A DNA stretch of 64,000 nucleotides. Origin: the human T2T-CHM13v2.0 reference genome, Homo sapiens. The stretch is from the NCBI RefSeq assembly GCF_009914755.1, contig NC_060926.1; one strand, given 5' to 3'. Positions within the stretch are counted from its first letter, which is position 1; each line of letters opens with the position of its first letter. Positions 53,605-64,000 of the stretch are shown here, piece by piece. The position numbers and the translations under genes are program-made. The notes under the pieces were generated by a model that saw only the letters and a program-made list of their open reading frames with translations, ran no database searches and was not told the DNA's origin.

Positions 53605-53787
53605 TTTTGTAAACTTTTATTTTAGGTTCAGGGGTACATGTGAAGGTTTGTTACATAAGTAAGCTCATGTCATGGGGGTTTGTTGTACAGATGATTTCAT
53701 CACCCAGGTATGAAGCCCAGTACCCAACAGTTATCTTTTCTGCTCCTCTCCCTCCTCCTACCCTCCACCCTCAAGTAGACCCCAGTG
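53605..53787 (-). mobile_element. L1PA13-15-like 3' end fragment
   Basis: aacttttattttaggttcaggggtacatgtg...ccctccaccctcaagtagaccccagtg. Confidence 0.88.
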
Positions 53788-55266
53788 CTGGGAGAACGCT
53801 GTGTTTACAAACTTGATGTGTGCCTGGTAGAAATTATTGCTTTCTTTCTCTCTCCGCTTTCCCCAGCTGAAATGCTGACCTGGAAAACATCAACCTTGCT
53901 CTCACATAAAGCATTTTTTTCCGGGACTGACATACAAAGCTCTGATGTAGAAATTGAAATTTCACACTCTGAAGGGCCCAAATGGCTTCAGAGGTCAGTG
54001 GGCGGCTGGACCCACTGGTGAGTCACGGGGAGAGATGCCACCCCAGATTAACATCAGCAGACACTTGTGCGTCAGAGGTTCTGCGCACTAAAAATGTTTG
54101 GTGGACATCTGTGTCCCCCCCCACCCCAAAATCCACCCCAGCACACACTCAACTCTTTTAGGCCGAGGGGCACGTCCCACTCATCTGGTGAATACATCAG
54201 CTGAATGCAATCTGCTCTCACAAACAGATGTCCCAGGAGGGTGGTGGAGGGGGGACACAGTGAATACTGGTTAGAAGTTGCCGGAAGGCTTTTTATGAGG
54301 TTCTTGTTTTGTGGGGTGGGGAGTAGAATGGCCAGAGAATTTACTTTAATTGAAACACACCTAATTTGGGTGCTTGAGCTGGGTATCTAAAAATATTTTT
54401 CTAGCCCTCATCCACAAGGAGGGTTTCTGTTTCCCGTCTGCTTATTTTCTCTGTCTTCCTGAAAAGACCAGGAAGAATTGGAGCAGGATCAACATGTGAC
54501 CCTGGCCAGCCCGACAGGGGAGGCCGGGCCCATGGCTCACGGGACCCTCTGAGGGATCTCAACTCCACGCACGCGCACGGAGCGACTGTAGCCACTGTAG
54601 ACGGAGAACGCTGCCATGCAGCATGGCGGATGCTTGCTTATTCCTGCCTGTTGGTTCCTGTTTTGTTTCAGGCCTGCAGGTGTAACGGCTACACTCTGTG
54701 AGCAATGCACACAGTGGCGGCATGTGGTGACAGTGGCCAGGCTGCAGTAGGGACACCTGCTCCCCAGTGGAGGCAGCCAGTGGTTTCCTGGACGCTTGCT
54801 TTATTGCTCACATTCTTTCTGTGTTAGCAACTTTCCCCTCCTTTCTACGAATCTCAAATGTCTCAGAGGAATGTTTAAATTATTATCAGATCCCAGGAGA
54901 GATTGCGATTTCCTATGCAACTTTTCCCTGCCTTGCATGACTCCCATGTAAAGCATCTCCCTCCAGGAGTGCCCAGCTGAGCCTCCCGTGACTGTCATTA
55001 TCCATGCAGATGTGCGGCAGAACAAGTGACACAAATCTTAGCCCTCCGTAACATCTCTATCAGTTTAGAGCTTTCAGAAAGCAAAGTATCGGGACCTGGA
55101 ATGAGCGACGTGCTGTGGCTGAGAAGGGACAAATGGTGCCGGCTTGGAAATGATGGAGAATGCCAACTCCTCTCTTCTGGCAGGAGGCAAAGTGACATTG
55201 AATTAGAGATACGGCAGTAGTGCTTCTTTAGAGGGGTGCAATAGAAGGAGGTGCTTAGATTTCAAT

Positions 55267-55346
55267 CCCAGCTTTGACTCCAACAAGATCTATGAGCTGT
55301 AAGAGGCCCAGCCTTGACTCCAACAAGATCTATGAGCCGTAACAGG
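55267..55346. repeat. 40-bp tandem duplication within a MIR-like relic
   Basis: cccagc(t/c)ttgactccaacaagatctatgagc(t/c)gtaa(g/c)agg twice, 37/40 identical. Confidence 0.93.
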
Positions 55347-55538
55347 TGCTTTCACTCACCTTAGCTTCCGTCCTCCTGTCTAGATGGAGGGGGCGGGACT
55401 CCATCACTTCCCAGGCCCCTCCAACTTTCCTGTTATAACTCTGTGGTCTTTGAGAGCTTACTTCCAGAACACCCTTCAACAAGGAAACACCCAGAAGACC
55501 AATGAAACCACCAAGAATGCCTCATCCAGGAAGAACGA

Positions 55539-55913
55539 TGTGGTGGGTATACCCTAGGGTGCCCCTGGTCCCTGCCTCCTTGTGTGATCTCCTCCGCTGG
55601 GGGGTGAGGGTGATCTGCAGCATGCTTCTGACCCACAGATATGGCACAGGGGTGGCAGGTGGCTTCCTTTTGTTTCATTCAATGAGACTCTGTCATAGCT
55701 GACTTCTGGGAGATGTTCACCTGCTGGCCTGGAAGAAGGAAGGCGCCACATTGTGGGATGTCTATGGAGAGGGCCATGTGGCACAGAGCTGTGCCCATCC
55801 TCCAGGAGATGTGCCTGCACTCCTAGCCCAAAGGAACTGTGAGACAACAAGTGTGTGTTAATGCCATTGAGGTTGTGGTGATTTGTTACTCAGCAAAAAA
55901 TCCCACTGATCCA
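55539..55913 (+). mobile_element. MLT1E/F-like LTR
   Basis: tgtggtgg...ggagagggccatgtggca...gaactgtgagacaacaagtgtgtg...gtggtgatttgttactcagca. Confidence 0.7.
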
Positions 55914-56036
55914 ATGGACGCTTGGTCATGCCCACAGTGGCCCCAGTCCAGTGGCAGCCTGGGCAGCGAGCCACTCTCTCGGGTGCACTTCAGGAGGGCT
56001 CATGCTCATGCTGTTCAGATTGAAAAGGACATCACT

Positions 56037-56335
56037 GGCAGGGTGTGGTGGCTCATGCCTGTAATCCCAGCACTTTGGGAGGCCGAGGCGGGCGGATCAC
56101 GAGGTCAGGAGATCAAGACCATCCTGGCTAACACGGTGAAACCCCGTCTCTACTAAAAATACAAAAAACAAGTTAGCCGGGCGTGGTGGCGGGTGCCTGT
56201 AGTCCCAGCTACTCTGGAGGCTGAAGCAGGAGAATGGCGTGAACCCGGGAGGCGGAGCTGGCATGAGCCAAGATTGCGCCCCTGCACTCCAGCCTGGGTG
56301 ACAGAGCGAGACTCGTCTCAAAAAAAAAAAAAGGA
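56037..56335 (+). mobile_element. AluY
   Basis: ggatcacgaggtcaggagatc, ggctaacacggtg and gaatggcgtgaacccgggaggcggagct diagnostics. Confidence 0.95.
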
Positions 56336-58009
56336 AAAGAAACCCCAGAGGATCTTTTTGTGGTCCAATTTGCAATTCTCCAGGCCTTTCACCTACAGCG
56401 CCCTGTGTGAGTGCCTCGCTAGCCTGGTGGGCCAGCCTTATCCTGGGAGACTAGAGCCCGAGGCTTAGACCAGCAACTTGCCCAGGGTCTCAGAGGTAGG
56501 CAGTGGCGCCCCAAGATGGCCTCGGCAGCCCAGTGTGTTTTGGGGCCCACCTACTGCTTTATGGTAAAGCTGTGTGGCATGGATGAAAATACGTTTCCCG
56601 CTTGGCATTCTGCGTGAGATGGGCACAGAAACAGCACACTTGACTTGAGAAGACTTTGGGAATCTGTCCCCTGAGCCCTTTCTTTTGTCCTGACAACTGT
56701 CACTTGGACACGTGACAGTCGTGTGTGGATGTGAGTAAATGTGATTTAGGCAGTGCTTGATTGATAGGTTCAATGGTCTGCAGCTGGTGCTGCCTGCCTC
56801 GGTGGCCTTTGAACGTCTTCTCTCTTTGGACGGCTGTCCTCCAACGAAGGAGGGGCAGCCGTGAAATATCAGGAGACAGCACCGGGCACTGCATGTTGGG
56901 GATCACAAAGACAGTGAGGTTTCTCTGGGGAAGCTGCAGGCACCATGATGCGAGGTGTCACAACATGTGAGCAAAGGAGTTTCTAGCTCAGCCAGGTGAC
57001 ATTTGACACATGTGGGATCCAGGACGTGGCCCTCCCCTGGGTGCAGGACTCACTTCTGCCCGAGGGCAGGGCTGTCTGGCAGGTCCCAGGGAAGGGGCTG
57101 GGAGCATCCTCTACGTGTTGCCTTCACTCTGGGTTGGAGCCTATGTATCTGAGAAATGGGATTTGCTGTCAAAAGGCTCCAGGAATGCCCATTGTGAGAG
57201 ACTGTGGCTGCAGATACCTCACAGCCTGCAGTCAAGTGCTGCCTCTGGGTCCCGGGAGCCTTCAGGCAGAGCAGCGTTTGCCAAGGGTCACGACGGCTGT
57301 GTTCCGTGGTGAGTCCATGCACAGATGCAGTGTCGCTGGTGCCGCACAGCAAAGGAAGGCGTTCAACCACTGTGCACCTCAGTCCACTCCTCACCTGAGG
57401 CAACTCACGGGTGCTGGTGGTTCCAGAATGGCTATGCGGCGACACTCTGCGGTTGAGGAAGAGGGGTCCAGAGATGAAACAAACTGCATCGCCAGGTGGC
57501 TTAAGCAAGAAAAGCCACATTTCTGTCCCCACTGGAAGCACAGCTTTCCCATTCTTTTGAGAAGCTCCGAGCATATTAGCAACAGTTCACAGCTGCCTTC
57601 AGATTCCCTGCTTTTCCTTGCCTGAGGCCTCTGGCAAATCTTCCCTTCGAGGCTCACATTTTCTATACTTGATCTCACTCAGAGGTGAATTTTCTTCAAT
57701 TTTCTGTTTGTCTGAATGAGATGTGCTCAGCTTCGAGGTGCTATTGAGAATAAGAACAAAGCATCTCTTTGTCTTCAGAGCACTTTCCCTGGCAGCTCTG
57801 GACAGCTCGGATTCTGAATATTAACTTTTCCCAATGCTTCAGTTGTTATTAAAGTAGAAGTCTTGGTCCATCTCCACCTTGAATCTAATGTTTGTAGAAA
57901 GATTCATGTTAGCCCACATGTAGAACTCGATTTATAGGCAAGAGACCTTGAAACTCTTTGAATTCAAATGTTGGAAGCCTTCAATGAAATGGAAGAAAAA
58001 AGTGAGGAC

Positions 58010-58342
<333 letters not shown>

Positions 58343-60283
58343 TAGGAGAAAGAGGAAAAGCATGAGGAATCAAATTTATCTTGAGGATAATTAAAAGAAA
58401 GAAAACTCTGACACATTTAGTCCAATGTCTATAGATATCTCTATAGCTACCTGTTTGGTGCTGTGGGAATGTTTCTTTCCCTAGTCCTCTGGGACCACTC
58501 AAGATATGTGATTATAAAATAAATCCCTTCCTTTGCAAATCAAGGCAGACAAGTGAATTAAAATATTTTGAATGAGAAAGTTGGAAAAAAAAGTTTTCTG
58601 GGTAGCTCCACTTTTCCAGAAAATTCTATCCATGAACTGCATGTCCCCAGGCACTGTGATTTCTGGCACATTTGTCCATCTGTGGTTGGCTTGCAGCCAT
58701 GAGCCTAAGGACGTGGAAGAAGATTTTCATTGTCTTCCTGAGAGTCCGGAGTCTCTCTAGTGATGCACGGGATGCTCTTGTCTTCCTTACTGGACTGGTC
58801 AACTTTGGTGCTTAGAACTGGATGGGTCTGTCCTTACAGCCCTGCCTGGGATGGGGTGCAGGGGAAGGGCACCACTAACTGTCAGGAGCCTGCCCCTCGG
58901 ATCACCTTCCAGATGCAGCATCCCGACAAAATGCCACGAAGGTGGTTTTTTCCTAAAAGCCAGGAAGCATAACTTGGTCTTTGTGGTCATCCCGCTTCTG
59001 GTAGGTCATGTCGTGCTAAGTACTGAGTAGAAAAGTGGACAGTTTTTTCAACACATATGCCCCTTAAAGAAATTCTCAGCAAACAAGAACACATGGAACA
59101 TCTTAGAAAATTAATTAATTCACCTCAAATCCTCCTCCTCCGATGCATATGTAATACTGAGCGTCTATTGCTAAAAATCAGACGAATGCACATGTTGTAG
59201 ATATAAACCAGTAGGAGACAACTTTGGGGAAAATTTTTAAAACAAAACATATTCCGATGTGTTTGAATTATGCATTGTGAAGATATTCAGACTTTCCATG
59301 ACTGAGGCAGCCATGATTGCTGTTTGTTTTTAAGGGCAACACACATGTTTCAAAGATTTTGTTTTGTTCTGTTTGTTTTTCCTACAGAGCTAGGATTTGC
59401 AAGACAAATATGGCTTATACTTTAGAGGAATGGGATTCGAAGATGGAGAAATAAAACGCCAAAATCAAAAAAATTTTATGAATGTCATTTCTTTCTGATA
59501 TCATGATAATTCTCATTACAATAAAAAGAACCTGTGAGATGATTCCATTTCTGGTGAGCGGAAAGTGCCGAGCGACTCTCCTTCTCAAGGAAGGTTGAGG
59601 TACAAGGGCAAGCTTTTGTACTTGGATTTAAAAGAGAAGTTCTAGTTTTAAATTCTTGGTCTGCTGTTAACCAGCTGTAAATGTTGGGAAGTCATTTTCT
59701 TCATCTGTAAAATGCGTAAAAGGAATATTTGTCTTATAGGATTTTTGCACTTTGAAATCCAACTATGCAACTCATTATTTCTTTCAACTGTGGCCACATT
59801 CAGGATCCCATGGTGTACTAAAATCTCTTTTGAATCAGAAAGCAAAGAAGAAGGAAGAAACATTGGCGTTTTCCCTGTCCCCAGCATGGCTGTAGGATGC
59901 AGAGTGATTGAAAATGGACATTTATTAAGATGATTAATGTGTGCCCTCGGTTCTATGAGATTGTCTGTATAAATTGTCTTTCCCTATTCAGTCTTTGTAA
60001 TTTGCGCCTTCTCTATTTTTCGGTAGATATTTTTTGCATTTGGGGAGGTTTACTTTTTTTTTTTTTTTTTTTTATAAAGTTTGCCTTTATAGTAAGACTT
60101 TCATACAATACCATTTGCATTAGACGAAGGCCTAGTCATGAGAAAATCACATCCGTTAACTGACCAGGGAGCATTTACTCTAATTATTAACTCGGAAAAG
60201 AGAAGAGCTCCTAATGGATAAAGAGCACACGGGACAGCTGTGCAGGGAGCAAGTACCGCCTCCAGGGCTAAGGCAGGGCCCTA

Positions 60284-60897
<614 letters not shown>

Positions 60898-61486
60898 TCA
60901 TGCTGTCCTTTGCCTAGCATAGTGACCCTGACATTCATTCATAAAGTGTCTGGATCTTTGATCCTGCGGCCTCTTCTTTGGTTGCTGTAATTTTATATCA
61001 CCCTTTGCTACAGGGCATGAAAATACTAAGAGGCATCCTGGGGTCCAGACATGGTCCCTCTACTCTCTGAAGAGAGAATTTTTTCACCAAGGTGTGATGG
61101 GGCTGCTGCCCCATCGTGGGCATGCAGATGTCATTATGTTAGGAGTTTTCAGGTGAGACCATCCTGTGCAGGGGAGGACTGGACACCAAGGCCTAGATCT
61201 GGGTTTAGGAGGAGAAACGGCCACTCTATGAAAGCGCCCATCAGAGCCGCTTGCTCCAAGCCTGCTTTACCAAAGCCCTGCTGCTATTGTTTGGGGCCTC
61301 ATTTCCACTGCTGCTGCTCCTGGGTCTGTTTCGCTTAGAAGCCTCCCAGATGCACAGCGTCTGGCGAGGTGGTATCGGGGACCCCTTCTTGTGGGGAGCG
61401 CCACCCCACGGAGGGCTGGAGTCAGGAAGTGCTGATGGCCTGTCTTGTTCCAGGTTGCTTTTCAGAATCGGAACTTTCATTCCATG

Positions 61487-61960
61487 TACAGTTGTAGACA
61501 CCCGTGGATGCCCGAAACCTCAGATAGTACCAAATCCTACATGTACTGTGCTTTTTCCTATGCATATATACCTACAATAAGCTTCATTTATAAATTAGGT
61601 GTGGTAAGGGGTTAACAATAACTAACAATAAAATAGAATAATTATAACAGTTGCCAGCATCATCACTCTGGTGTTTTAGGGCCATTATTAAGTAATATAA
61701 GGACCACTTGACAATCTGATCACTGAGACGCCTGTGAAGTGGGGTCTAGAATGTGGATGAGCTGGGTGAAGGGACAATCCCTGTCTGGGGGATGGAGTAG
61801 GTGGTGTGAGATTTCATCACACTGCTCAGAATGGCATATCATTGAAAACACATGAACTATCCATCTCTGGCACTTTCCATTTACTATTTTCAGACCTTGG
61901 TTTACCGTGGGTAACTGAAACCTCAGAAAGTGAAACTGTGGATGAGGGGGCACTGCTGTA
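61487..61960. mobile_element. MER44B-like (Tigger-derived) DNA transposon
   Basis: gtggatgcccgaaacctcagatagtacc...gtgggtaactgaaacctcagaaagtgaaactgtggat; TA-flanked ends tacag...ctgta. Confidence 0.85.
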
Positions 61961-63413
61961 GAAGGCAAGGTAACGCTGGGATTTGGAGGAAACTCTTAGA
62001 AGCCAGTGATGATGTGGACTTGCTCATTGATTGATTGATTGATTGATTTTTTGGTAAACTGAAAGCTACGAAGAGCCACAAATGAATGAAGACGACTGAG
62101 GCAAACTGAGCCTCTGAGTGCCCCTGGAGGGAGACTCCCTTCTCTGTGGGGTTTGCTCTGAGTGGTTAATAATCCAGGTAGAAAATCCACTGGTAGAGGT
62201 AGTGCAGGGTGGGAAGAGACCTGGGAAGGAGGCTTTGGTCCAGGTCCTAGAGCAGGCTCCAGTGTGACTCCAGGAGACTGAGATATCCAGGGGCCATCCC
62301 ACACTGTGCTTCCTAAAGTCTACTTAGCGGCCCCCTCACTCACTGGATAAGAACAGTGGCTTCCTCCTCACTGAGCTTTCACTGGTGCCTTAGGCTCCAC
62401 TGTTGGAGATCTAGTTGTTTTAGTCACTCTGTTGTCTCATGCTGGAGAGAAGCGACCTTTCACATGAGAGTTAGTCACTTGTCTATGGTGAGTCAGATGC
62501 TATCAGCTGCCCTTGGTGACAGGAGGCTATGGATGGATATTAATGGCTGGGAGGAGGGTCAGGAGGCCACCAGCAAGCTGAAAAGAGTGGCTTGGAGAGG
62601 TGACAGTAAGTCCTAGAAGGAGAGATGAGCCTGGGAATGTCCAACTCCATCGGCTGACAGGGCTGACCTGCTCTGCACCTGCCGTGTGAAAGGTACCTGG
62701 GTCTGAGTCAGGTCCCGTAGGGCCCAAGCACACTCACATGGACTTCCTGTTACTGGGGCTGCAAAGAGTTGCTACTTCCAACTGGAAGGGGCTCTGACCA
62801 AATTCACAGCCCTGGACCAATCTTTCTGTTTGGCTTGTAGCAAACTTGCAAATTCCTGTGAGGGGAAACAAGATTTATTTCTCATTGAAACATTCACAGA
62901 AGAATCAGGTTCAAATAATTATTCCCGACTTCACTTCTCTTTTACTCTGCGTTGCTTCACAAAGACGCACACACACGCACACAGAAATGAGTCATATGTT
63001 CAGCTTTCTGAAAGTCAAAGAGAATAAACAGATGCCACAGAGGAGATGGAAAACTGGCATTGTTTTAATAAAAACTCTGAAGACAAAGGAAGGAACAGAA
63101 ACTTAAAGATTTAAAAGAGCAAATCCCAATGGTGGGTGATTCAAACATCTTTCCAATTCCCACTCCCACCCCAGGAAATGCTCCCTAAGCGTGAAGGAGG
63201 GAGGTGTCTGCAAGCTTCCTGCTGACATGGCCCGGGACAGGCAGAGTCCAAGAACAAAGGACTGGCTAAGAAAAGCATGGAGATCAAAAATACTTAAAAA
63301 TATACATGGGTATGAAAAGGGTTAGACAGCTAGAAAACAAAATACAAAATGTCACCTTTGAGTAGTGAAGTTTTGGATGATTTTTATTTTCTTATTTTAT
63401 ATAAAATTTATAA

Positions 63414-63968
63414 CAGGGGTCCCCAATCCCTGGGCCATGGACTGGCACTGGTACCTGTCTGTGGCCTGTTAGGAACCAGGCCTCACCGGGCCTCACGGCA
63501 GGAAGTGAGCATTGGGCAAGCGAGCAAAGCTTCATCTGTATTTACAGCTACTTCCCATCACTCACATTCTCACCTGAGCTCTACCTCCTGTCAGATCAGC
63601 CGCAGCATTAGCTTCTCGTAGGAGCACAAACCCTACTGTGAACTGCGCATGTGAAGGATCTAGGTGTGTACTCCTTACAAGAATCTAATGCCTGATGACC
63701 TGTCACTGTCTCCCATCACTCCCAGATGGGACCATCTAGTTGCAAAAAAAAAAAAAAAAAAAAAAAAAAGCTCAGGGCTCCCACTGAATCCACATTATGG
63801 TGAGTTGTATAATTATTTCATGATATATTACAATGTAATAATAATAGAAAGTGCACAATTAATGTAATGCACCTGAATCATCCTGAAACCATCCCCCTTC
63901 CCCGGTCTGTGGAAAAATTGTCTTCCACAAAACCTGTCCCTGGTGCCAAAAAAGGTTGAGGATCGCTG
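63414..63968 (+). mobile_element. MER1A (hAT-Charlie)
   Basis: caggggtccccaatcc...ccctggtgccaaaaaaggttgaggatcgctg; 8-bp TSD atttataa/ttttataa. Confidence 0.92.
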
Positions 63969-64000
63969 TTTTATAATATACCAGTATTGCTTTGTTCATT

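Noticed and set aside
56996-57625. 209-aa ORF with an overlapping 174-aa antisense ORF
   Set aside because: Non-ATG start, no recognisable domain, and GC-rich DNA with open frames on both strands as expected by chance.

Overview
Primate (human-like) genomic DNA, apparently intergenic or deep intronic. I recognise no protein-coding gene. The only ORFs with recognisable homology are decayed LINE-1 ORF2 pieces, plus Alu, LTR and simple-repeat translations. Much of the window is transposable elements: about 15 Alus; a near full-length L1PB1 nested in an old L1M; an L1PA16-type element carrying an MSTA LTR and a U2 snRNA fragment; THE1, MLT1, MLT2 and MER41 LTRs; MER58A, MER53, MER44 and MER1A DNA transposons; and MIR and L2 relics. 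There are also microsatellites and a 29-bp minisatellite. The unique stretches (about 14.6-15.7 kb, 17.1 kb, 18-18.9 kb, 47.2-47.8 kb, 53.8-54.0 kb) look like candidate enhancers or non-coding exons. The best oddities are a tailless U2 retrocopy with a 15-bp TSD, a ~72-bp inversion inside an MSTA LTR, a locally templated 39-bp insertion in an L1MB, an Alu-split MER53 retaining a miR-1302-like hairpin, and a compact NRF1/NF-kB/CRE motif cluster. I see no evidence for a new biological system. Subfamily calls are from remembered consensus features and need RepeatMasker/Dfam confirmation; the genomic locus cannot be identified from sequence alone.
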